A DNA stretch of 13,650 nt, taken from positions 1-13,650 of the forward strand of contig JBMSQQ010000091.1 in assembly GCA_049423385.1 (NCBI GenBank). Direction: 5' to 3'. Below, in pieces: positions 1 through 7,291 of the stretch. Numbering within the stretch: the stretch's first letter is position 1; each line of letters begins with the position of its first letter. The notes below the pieces were generated by a model. That model saw only the letters and a list, made by a program, of their open reading frames with translations, ran no database searches and was not told where the DNA came from. This stretch comes from Silvanigrellaceae bacterium. GTDB taxonomy: Bacteria > Bdellovibrionota_B > Oligoflexia > Silvanigrellales > Silvanigrellaceae. A program made the position numbers and the translations under genes.

Positions 1-1067
1 CCAAAACGCATCGAGCCTGCGCGGTCGGCAATGAAATTGCGAAGGATTCCATTCTCAATCAGAAGCGTCGATTGCGCAGGCATACCCTCATCATCCATGT
101 CGGTTGAACCGAAGGCTCCATCCGTCACACCCTCATCCCAAGCTGTGAGACTTTCGTGTGCGATAGGCTTGCCCAGCGAGTCGGCGAACGGAGTGGACTT
201 GCGCTCAATTTGTGTCGTTTCCAACAAGTGCCCACACGCCTCATGAAAAATCACGCCACCAAAACGATTGGCCATCACGAGTGGATATTGCCCGGCAGAA
301 ACATAATCGGCGCGCAGCATCACGGCGGCAGACTGTGAAATTTCTTCAACCAGGGGTTCGAAATCGACTTGCTTGAGAAACGCTGGCTGGCCCGTGGATG
401 CGCGCTGGTCATGAAGCGATGAACGATCGTTGCCATCGGCGCAATTCACACCGGCGCGGGCCAACTGATGCAGACGAATGTCGCGAGCAAAGACACCATC
501 GGAAGCGGCCACCAGAACTTCCTGCCAATCACGAAATGCGGAGGTTTGCTCACTCTGAAGACTTGCCACTTTGCTGCGCAATTTAGCCGAAGCGTCAAGC
601 AGTCGGCTCGAGAGTTCGGCGACAGACGCGCATTGAGTCAACCAACCATCCTTGCTTTTGATTGCTGCAAAATCACGCAAAGGCTCGAGCTGAACATCGC
701 GCCCGAGCGACGACTGCATGCGAGAAGAAAGCCCCAACATCCCCAAGGCCTGGTCCATCGCCCAGCGCAATCCTGTTTGCGACAAATCATTGGTACTGAC
801 GTAAACATCCTGCGTTCCTTTGAAACAACGGACGCCCGCACCCAGAGAAAATGCCGGGGCCACGGCTGTCACTTTTCCATTCTCGGTCGTCACCCGAAGG
901 GTGTTTCTGCGCTCCAGAAAAACCTCGGCAAAATCCGCGCCAGAGCGTCGGGCATGACCCAACATGAGCGACAACAATGGCCTCCAGGCTTCACCAAATG
1001 GCCCCTCAAGCGGAGCTCCGAGATTCGAAAAACCTGCCTTAAAATCACGTTCCAACAGTGGTCGCAT
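1..1067 (-). CDS. tldD: TldD-family metalloprotease (catalytic subunit of TldD/TldE-PmbA); 3' end lies outside the window
   Basis: Not in the ORF track because it has no stop in the window. Manual translation from ATG at 1067 (SD-like AAGGGGAG upstream) is open to the edge: MRPLLERDFK...GADFAEVFLERR...GAGVRCFKG...FRDWQEVLVAASDG...FGGVIFHEACGHLLE...DMDDEGMPAQSTLLIENGIL. HExxGH metal-binding motif (HEACGH) at 228-245 and the DDEG motif are diagnostic of TldD. Confidence 0.95.
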   Translation of the reverse strand, partial: MRPLLERDFKAGFSNLGAPLEGPFGEAWRPLLSLMLGHARRSGADFAEVFLERRNTLRVTTENGKVTAVAPAFSLGAGVRCFKGTQDVYVSTNDLSQTGLRWAMDQALGMLGLSSRMQSSLGRDVQLEPLRDFAAIKSKDGWLTQCASVAELSSRLLDASAKLRSKVASLQSEQTSAFRDWQEVLVAASDGVFARDIRLHQLARAGVNCADGNDRSSLHDQRASTGQPAFLKQVDFEPLVEEISQSAAVMLRADYVSAGQYPLVMANRFGGVIFHEACGHLLETTQIERKSTPFADSLGKPIAHESLTAWDEGVTDGAFGSTDMDDEGMPAQSTLLIENGILRNFIADRAGSMRF

Positions 1068-1102
1068 GCGAATATCTCTCCCCTTGACACACACTCCTTG
1101 TT

Positions 1103-1119
1103 TCACAGGTTTCCTGTGA
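1103..1119. promoter_or_regulatory. Perfect inverted repeat TCACAGG-ttt-CCTGTGA in the tldD/aspS divergent intergenic region; candidate operator or hairpin
   Basis: 7-bp arms at 1103-1109 and 1113-1119 read directly from the sequence; function not demonstrated. Confidence 0.35.
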
Positions 1120-1197
1120 TAGACAAAGAAGATCGTTTGTCATGCCTGAAGCGGCAAAGATGGCGCAATTTACGACTTGATACAAGGGAACTGGACC

Positions 1198-2976
1198 ATG
1201 AACTCTCTCAGGAGCCACAACTGCGGCGAACTCAACTCCTCCGCCATCGGCCAGACCGTTCGCTTGATGGGATTCGCTCACGCGGTGCGCAACCTGGGCG
1301 GCCTGCTGTTCATCGACCTGCGCGATCATCATGGCATCACCCAGGTGGTCATCCATCCCGAGCAATCCTTCTTTGCAGCAGCCAGCGAACTGAGATCCGA
1401 ATCGGTGATTGCGGTTCAAGGCAGCGTGCGCAAGCGAGAGTCGGTCAACAACAAAATTCCCACCGGCGAGATTGAAGTCATCTGTTCGCATTTTGAACTG
1501 GAATCTCCGTCCGACATTCTTCCCTTTCCGGTGGCGCACAACCCAAAAGAGGAAAGTGAAGACACGCGCCTCAAGTATCGATTTCTCGACCTGCGCACTG
1601 AAAAAATGCATCGGAACATTATTTTTCGGTCGCAATTTATCCACTTTTTGCGGAACAAAATGGTCGAACTCGGATTCATGGAATTTCAAACCCCGATCCT
1701 GACCAGCAGTTCACCCGAAGGTGCACGCGACTTTTTGGTTCCAAGCCGACTTCACCCTGGTCATTTCTATGCGCTGCCGCAGGCTCCACAGCAGTTCAAG
1801 CAGTTGCTGATGTGTTCTGGATTTGATCGCTACTTTCAAATCGCGCCTTGTTTTCGCGATGAAGATGCACGTGCAGACCGCAGCCCCGGCGAATTCTACC
1901 AACTTGACGTTGAAATGGCCTTTGCGACCCAGGAAGAAATCTTCACTGTGATCGAAAAACTGATGATCGACCTGTTCACCCGCTTTTCCGACAGGCCGAT
2001 CCTCGCCAACCCATTCCCACGGATTCCGTACAGGACGTCGCTTGAAACTTATGGTTCAGACAAGCCTGATTTGCGCTACGGACTGGAAATGAAGAACGTC
2101 GCCGAAGTCTTCCGTGGAACTTCGTTTGAAGTTTTCCAGAAGGTTCTCCAGTCACCCCGTGGAGTCTTGAGAGCAATTCGCATCCCGCAGGGAGCGGCGC
2201 AAAGCCGAAAGTTTTTTGACGATGCGCAGACGCAGGCAAGAACCTTTGGTTTGGGCGGTTTGCCATACCTGACCCTCAAGGACGGTGAATGGAAGGGGAG
2301 CCTTCTCAAGCAAACAACCGAAGCGGAACGTGCTCAACTGGCAACCACGCTGCAACTCGAAAATGGCGACGCAGCGGCATTCATTGTCGGTGATGACTCA
2401 AGAACGGTTCTGGGACTGGGTGGGAAAATGCGCTCGTGGATCGCAGACACCCTCAAAATCGAAAAGAAACATGGCTGGGCATTCTGTTGGATTGTGGACT
2501 TCCCGTTCTACGAATGGAACGAAGACGAACAAAAAATCGACTTTTGTCACAACCCCTTCAGCATGCCTCAAGGCGGACTGGATGCACTCAATTCGCAGGA
2601 CCCCCTCGAAATTCTCGCGTACCAATATGACATCGTCTGCAATGGGGTTGAGCTGTCGTCGGGTGCAATTCGCAACCATCGGCGCGACATCATGAAGCGG
2701 GCGTTTGAATTGGCGGGGTATACCGAAAACGACATTCAAACCCGCTTCCCTGCCCTGTGGAATGCCTTTTCCTACGGTCCTCCTCCCCATGGTGGCATCG
2801 CACCCGGTGTGGACCGCATGATCATGCTGTTGCTCGACGAGCCAAACATTCGACAGGTGATTGCTTTCCCCTTGAACCAGAAGGGCCAGGACCTGCTCAT
2901 GAATGCACCGTCGATCGTCAAGGAAAAGCAGTTGGCCGAGGCACACATCAGCATCCGGACTAGCACGTCAAAATAG
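1198..2976 (+). CDS. aspS: Aspartate--tRNA ligase (bacterial type with GAD insertion domain)
   Basis: LRSHNCGEL N-terminus, OB-fold GGLLFIDLRD, RLKYRFLDLR, TPILTSSSPEGARDFLVPSR, QAPQQFKQLLM, motif 2 YFQIAPCFRDED, GSDKPDLR, motif 3 PPHGGIAPGVDR. Start set at ATG 1198 (AAGGGA at 1184-1189) rather than the TTG at 1177. Confidence 0.98.
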   Translation: MNSLRSHNCGELNSSAIGQTVRLMGFAHAVRNLGGLLFIDLRDHHGITQVVIHPEQSFFAAASELRSESVIAVQGSVRKRESVNNKIPTGEIEVICSHFELESPSDILPFPVAHNPKEESEDTRLKYRFLDLRTEKMHRNIIFRSQFIHFLRNKMVELGFMEFQTPILTSSSPEGARDFLVPSRLHPGHFYALPQAPQQFKQLLMCSGFDRYFQIAPCFRDEDARADRSPGEFYQLDVEMAFATQEEIFTVIEKLMIDLFTRFSDRPILANPFPRIPYRTSLETYGSDKPDLRYGLEMKNVAEVFRGTSFEVFQKVLQSPRGVLRAIRIPQGAAQSRKFFDDAQTQARTFGLGGLPYLTLKDGEWKGSLLKQTTEAERAQLATTLQLENGDAAAFIVGDDSRTVLGLGGKMRSWIADTLKIEKKHGWAFCWIVDFPFYEWNEDEQKIDFCHNPFSMPQGGLDALNSQDPLEILAYQYDIVCNGVELSSGAIRNHRRDIMKRAFELAGYTENDIQTRFPALWNAFSYGPPPHGGIAPGVDRMIMLLLDEPNIRQVIAFPLNQKGQDLLMNAPSIVKEKQLAEAHISIRTSTSK

Positions 2977-3049
2977 TTATGCCCCCGCTGCCGATGCGGG
3001 CTGAAACCGATTTACACTCATGGAGCAGACTCGAACGGAGGCCGCTCCA

Positions 3050-4168
3050 ATGACATCAGGACTTCGCAGGACACTTTGGTGTTTTGCTGCTCTCACCTCG
3101 ACGGTTGGAGCGACAAACAAGGCCAAGGCCGCCGCATGGTGGTACGAACAAGCAGAACGCTTGCAGAATGTAAGTGCTTCGCTGCTCGATGGTCCACCGA
3201 TTTCGGAACCCGTGCCCTACAGAAACTTTATTGCTGGCAGAATGCTCACCAGCGTGCTGCCCAAAGCCAGCGGTCGTGTCGGCGACAAGGATGAAAAAGT
3301 ACCCTCGGCGCCGGTTCATGCGGTGCCAACCTTCGTTGCTGGCATGCCACTCTATGCCTCCGGAAAATACTCACTCGTCGGCACAGGATGGGCAGGACTT
3401 CTCTATTTGCCAACATCGGTTGCGAAGCTGATGGGCATCAATGCCTCTCTCTCACAGTTTGCATTCGGTTTCAGTGGCGAAAACATGTATCGCCTCCCGA
3501 GCATGATTCTCACAACCAGCCTGGGCTTGCAGTATGCAAACGCAACCATCGATGGCGCCATTACTGCCGCTGAAGCCAAAGACAAATTCAATGCGGGTAC
3601 AACTCTCATCCACGTCAGCCAGGGTGTGCGTGCCCGCACCATGCCCCTGTGGGCGAACGCGATGCTGCTGATGCGCCGGGTCACATCCAAATTCGCCATC
3701 ACTCTTGAGCAAACAGAATTCATCAGAACAGACACGATGGCAGACGCCCAGGTGCCGTTTGCTACACAGCTCACCGTGGGGGCAACGTTCAATAAAAACA
3801 TTCATGTGGCATTGTCTGAGTATATTGTTCCCGACCGTTTGATCATGCCCCGGCTGAGTGTTGTTTACCAATACACTTTCGGGAACAAGACAACAGCTTC
3901 GTCCGCATCCGCAAAATCTGCTGCCGGAGAAGGTTCAAGCAGTGGCAGCGATGGCTCAACGTCGCAAAAACCAGCTTCTTCAGCTAAAAAAATCAAGCGT
4001 AAGAAATCATCTCCTGCTTCAACGTCTGCGCCAGAATCTCCTGCGTTTGAGACTCCCGATGCCTCCAAGGGAACGGCCGCACCTTCAACTGAATCCGGTG
4101 ACAAAACGAAAGCAATTGATCCTTCTGCTCAACCAAACACAACTCCAAGCGAGGGGACTGAGAAATGA
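3050..4168 (+). CDS. Exported hypothetical protein, putative small outer-membrane beta-barrel with a 95-aa low-complexity C-terminal tail
   Basis: ATG 3050 has GGAGG at 3037-3041 (alternative ATG at 3020). Signal-peptide-like N-terminus (MTSGLRRTLWCFAALTSTVGATNKAKA-A); about ten alternating amphipathic strand-like segments (e.g. SLSQFAFGFSGE, TTSLGLQYANATIDG, FATQLTVGATF) ending in RLSVVYQYTF; then a Ser/Ala/Lys/Pro/Thr-rich tail. Coding status is well supported (stop overlaps next start); the barrel call is inference. Confidence 0.6.
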   Translation: MTSGLRRTLWCFAALTSTVGATNKAKAAAWWYEQAERLQNVSASLLDGPPISEPVPYRNFIAGRMLTSVLPKASGRVGDKDEKVPSAPVHAVPTFVAGMPLYASGKYSLVGTGWAGLLYLPTSVAKLMGINASLSQFAFGFSGENMYRLPSMILTTSLGLQYANATIDGAITAAEAKDKFNAGTTLIHVSQGVRARTMPLWANAMLLMRRVTSKFAITLEQTEFIRTDTMADAQVPFATQLTVGATFNKNIHVALSEYIVPDRLIMPRLSVVYQYTFGNKTTASSASAKSAAGEGSSSGSDGSTSQKPASSAKKIKRKKSSPASTSAPESPAFETPDASKGTAAPSTESGDKTKAIDPSAQPNTTPSEGTEK

Positions 4169-4830
4169 GAAGAAAACTTTCATTCCTGGCCATCGTCTGC
4201 GGATTCATTGCATTGTCTTTGTCTTCCTGCAGCGCATATGATTTGGGGTCAGCCGGAAACTATTACTATGACATCGGCGCCGACAACATCACCAATCCCA
4301 CCTGGGAGGGTGGAATCAGTGTCATCGTGGAAAAGAAATGCGCAACATGCCACACTGCGGCCAACCCTTGGTACAAACCCAAAAACGTCGACACCAACAC
4401 CAATGGTCCGAAACTTCAAAACATTGCCAGCAAGGAGTTTTGGAAAGAAGACACGATCATGTCACTGATCAAGAAATGTCTTGAGGCCACATGTGGAGTT
4501 GAAAATGTCCCCATGCCACCCAAATACGCCTCTCCGCTCAATCAAAATGAAAAAGATGCGCTGATCAATTTTACAAACAAGCTGATCCCAGCGGCGTCGG
4601 CTGGATTTTCTGCAAAATTTGCAGGATGCGAGGCATGTCATGCCACCAAGGGAGCAGGACAGGGCACGTTTCCAAAGCTCGCTGGCACTGCGCTCACGCT
4701 CGACGAGTTCAAAGCCGTCATTCGCGCTGGCAGAAAGGGCACAAAAGGTAATATGCCGGCATACACAACGACCGAATATTCCGATGCAGATTTGGCTTCA
4801 GATCATGCCGAACTCAAAAAGCTGCCCTGA
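4165..4830 (+). CDS. Di-heme c-type cytochrome lipoprotein
   Basis: Lipobox LSSC (Cys22) after a basic + hydrophobic signal; two CXXCH motifs, CATCH (4339-4353) and CEACH (4627-4641); each followed by a plausible distal Met ligand (VPMPP, GNMPAY). ATGA overlap with the upstream gene at 4165-4168. Confidence 0.9.
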   Translation: MRRKLSFLAIVCGFIALSLSSCSAYDLGSAGNYYYDIGADNITNPTWEGGISVIVEKKCATCHTAANPWYKPKNVDTNTNGPKLQNIASKEFWKEDTIMSLIKKCLEATCGVENVPMPPKYASPLNQNEKDALINFTNKLIPAASAGFSAKFAGCEACHATKGAGQGTFPKLAGTALTLDEFKAVIRAGRKGTKGNMPAYTTTEYSDADLASDHAELKKLP

Positions 4831-4844
4831 CACGAACAATTGCT

Positions 4845-4870
4845 GGATACGCAGCTCGACTGACGTATCT
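4845..4870. terminator. Hairpin between convergent cytochrome and fahA genes; possible terminator or 3'-end stabiliser
   Basis: GGATACG-CAG/loop CTCGA/CTG-A-CGTATCT, 10 bp including one G-U pair, with a single bulge; no clear U-tract on either strand. Confidence 0.35.
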
Positions 4871-4885
4871 TGAGCTCGAAAAAAC

Positions 4886-6172
4886 TCACCCCGCCGGCAG
4901 TATCTCCGTGCGCACTTCGCCAAAACCAACGCGCACGCCGTCTTTTTCACACCACCCGTTCATGATGACCGTGTCACCATCCTGCAGGAAGGTGCGGGTT
5001 GTTCCGTCGGGCAGTGAAATTGGTTTGGTGCCTTTCCAGCAAAGTTCGAGCATCGAACCATAGCTGTCGGGCGTCGGACCACTGATCGTGCCGGAGCCAT
5101 ACACGTCGCCAACATCTATGTTCGTGCCGTTGGATGCCATGTGTGCCAACTGTTGAGCCATGTTCCAATACATGTGCTTGAAATTGGTTCTGGAAATCCT
5201 GACAGGCTCGCTCATCTTTGCAGACTTCAACCAGACTTCCAGGTTGATGTCATAGGCCTGCGGCCCCTTGCTGCTGAGATAAGGCAACACAGGAACTGTT
5301 TGCTCCGGGCCCGCAACCCGAAAAGGTTGCAATGCATCCAACGTCACAACCCAGGGAGAAAGACTGGTGGCGAAAGTTTTTGCAAGGAAAGGTCCAAGTG
5401 GCACATATTCCCATCGCTGAATATCGCGCGCAGACCAATCGTTGAGCAGAGCCAATCCAAAAATATAATCGTCGGTGGCTTCTACCGGAATCGTCTCACC
5501 CAGCTGTGTCGAACGACCTGTGATGAAGGCCATCTCCAATTCAAAATCCAATTGACGCGTCGGTGCAAAGATCGGCGCGGGATCCGCATCGGCCTTCAAT
5601 TGTCCCATGGGTCGCTTGAATGGAGTGCCCGATGGAATAATCGAACTGCTGCGCCCATTGTATCCAATGGGTATATGCAGCCAATTGGGGAGCAATGGAT
5701 TTTGCGGATCACGAAACATGGCGCCCACATTCGACGCGTGCTCGCGGCTCGAATAAAAATCAACGTAATTTGAAACCTTGGTCGGCAGCAGCATTTTCGC
5801 ATCCGAAACCTTGACCAATGCGCGTGCATGAATGTCGGCTTTTTTCAGGAGCGAATCGTTTCCTTCAGTGAAGAGTTCTGCAACACGTGCGCGCAGAGAA
5901 CGCCAAACATCCGCTCCTGCAATCAACAAACCATTCAAGGAATTGCTGTGCAGCTGATCGCGGCTCAGACCGCGCACACTGGAAAGGAGACCAGCGTCAA
6001 ACAAGACCACCGTGTCGATGACAAACTCGCCCAAAGCAAGACCGACGCGAGGCGACGAGATTTCCTGCGTGGAAAAAATGCCGAACGGGAGATTCTGCAG
6101 GGAAAAATCAGAGCGCGAAGGAATTTGCAACCAAGACCTGGCGCTGTGGGGGATCGTTGAGAATGTGCTCAT
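4886..6172 (-). CDS. fahA: Fumarylacetoacetase (FAH, long form with N-terminal domain)
   Basis: SDFSLQNLPFGIFS N-terminus, YVDFYSSREHASNVG, NWLHIPIGYNGRSSS, LDFELEMAF, LLNDWSARDIQRWEYVPLGPFLAKTF, GSGTISG, GSMLEL, RTFLQDGD, RVGFG: full motif set of fumarylacetoacetase. Confidence 0.96.
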   Translation of the reverse strand: MSTFSTIPHSARSWLQIPSRSDFSLQNLPFGIFSTQEISSPRVGLALGEFVIDTVVLFDAGLLSSVRGLSRDQLHSNSLNGLLIAGADVWRSLRARVAELFTEGNDSLLKKADIHARALVKVSDAKMLLPTKVSNYVDFYSSREHASNVGAMFRDPQNPLLPNWLHIPIGYNGRSSSIIPSGTPFKRPMGQLKADADPAPIFAPTRQLDFELEMAFITGRSTQLGETIPVEATDDYIFGLALLNDWSARDIQRWEYVPLGPFLAKTFATSLSPWVVTLDALQPFRVAGPEQTVPVLPYLSSKGPQAYDINLEVWLKSAKMSEPVRISRTNFKHMYWNMAQQLAHMASNGTNIDVGDVYGSGTISGPTPDSYGSMLELCWKGTKPISLPDGTTRTFLQDGDTVIMNGWCEKDGVRVGFGEVRTEILPAG

Positions 6173-6185
6173 GTCTGTTCTTTCT

Positions 6186-7154
6186 TCAGTGAATAAGATT
6201 CAAATTTTTAAGGTCATCAATGGGCTCAAGAAAACTGCAGGAACCAAAGCTGCGCAAACCATCCGCACGAACACTGCGAATCTGCGCGATCGTTGCGGAG
6301 TATTTCTTCCATGCCAATCCATCGACAGTGAAAACAAATGCGGCGGGGTCTTTTTCCTCGAGCATGAGCCTGATTTCAGTTTCAGAAAGTTGGTGTGTCC
6401 AACCCAAAACCGCAGCAGAGAACACATTCAGGAAACCAAACACATCTGCTCCAACTGCAGAATCAAAGTGACGCATTGCGAGGTGCAGGCCAGCAGTCAA
6501 CTTGAAGGGAACGCGCTCAACTTGCGCCAATCGGAAAGCGCGTGCCAGATTTTCCGGATTCACGATTGCTGCCGGCGTAAGGCCACCTGTGCGGAATTTG
6601 AGGCCAGCTTCGCCTGGTCGAATCACGTTGGCCTGATGAGCGGCAAGTGCAATGTGTTCGAAGGACTTCGAAAGATTGACCTCCCAAAAGACCGGAACAT
6701 TGAAACCGCTTTCTTCAAACACCTTGCGTGCAGCCGCCAAAAACCCACGGGCAATCTCCTGGTCATGAGTGCAGAGAACCTCTTCAGGCAAAGGCAGTTC
6801 GCAGGAGTCCACCACCAACGCTTCAGGATGCGATTGAATCAATCCTCGCAAGAGCGCCAAGTCGGAGTGCAAAATTGAAAGGGCTTCATCGATGGACGCA
6901 GCCGATCGCATGAGCCCTGTCGCGTGCCAGGGTTTGTGTGTTGCTGCTGCCTCGGCCAATTGGGCTCTCGATAACTGGGCGAAATCGCCAATGCGGGCGG
7001 CCGGCAGAACGAATCTCGCGATGAGCCACTCAGCCGGGCTGGCAAGCCCCCTGGAAAATTCATTAATTGCATCATCCATAGGCAATTGGGCCGGTGGGAA
7101 GACTCCGGCGTAATCGAGCGATCGCAACAACAACGTCTTTAGCGCATCCACCAT
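6186..7154 (-). CDS. Conserved hypothetical cytoplasmic protein, enzyme-like, co-oriented 13 nt upstream of fahA
   Basis: 322-aa ORF with AAGGAG SD (7158-7163 on the minus strand; start ATG 7154 or GTG 7151). Motif-like blocks LDYAGVFPPA, GLKFRTGG, PFKLTAGLH, FGFLNV, SFGSCSFLEP, which I recall from an unannotated family; no signal peptide or TM segment. Confidence 0.85.
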   Translation of the reverse strand: MVDALKTLLLRSLDYAGVFPPAQLPMDDAINEFSRGLASPAEWLIARFVLPAARIGDFAQLSRAQLAEAAATHKPWHATGLMRSAASIDEALSILHSDLALLRGLIQSHPEALVVDSCELPLPEEVLCTHDQEIARGFLAAARKVFEESGFNVPVFWEVNLSKSFEHIALAAHQANVIRPGEAGLKFRTGGLTPAAIVNPENLARAFRLAQVERVPFKLTAGLHLAMRHFDSAVGADVFGFLNVFSAAVLGWTHQLSETEIRLMLEEKDPAAFVFTVDGLAWKKYSATIAQIRSVRADGLRSFGSCSFLEPIDDLKNLNLIH

Positions 7155-7291
7155 CGGCTCCTTGTCTGGGTTTCGCTTTGTACCGCGTCACCCCGCTTCA
7201 TTCAAATGCCCGGGGCAATTGCATATCAGGACACCGGTGGTACTCTCCGCCACGTCCGAACGGCGGACGTTCCGTACCAAGGAGACTTTGC

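Noticed and set aside
1084..1089. Perfect TTGACA hexamer upstream of aspS
   Set aside because: No acceptable -10 element 16-18 nt downstream (sequence there is AGGTTT), so a sigma70 promoter cannot be supported.
468..1475. 335-aa plus-strand ORF
   Set aside because: Shadow ORF: antisense to tldD and out of frame over the start of aspS; no recognisable motifs.
6012..6878. 288-aa plus-strand ORF (and 5141-5773)
   Set aside because: Antisense to fahA and its upstream gene, both of which have clear conserved motifs.
7094..7291. 66-codon N-terminal extension of the binding-protein ORF
   Set aside because: Overlaps the divergent gene; the SD and signal peptide point to ATG 7292.
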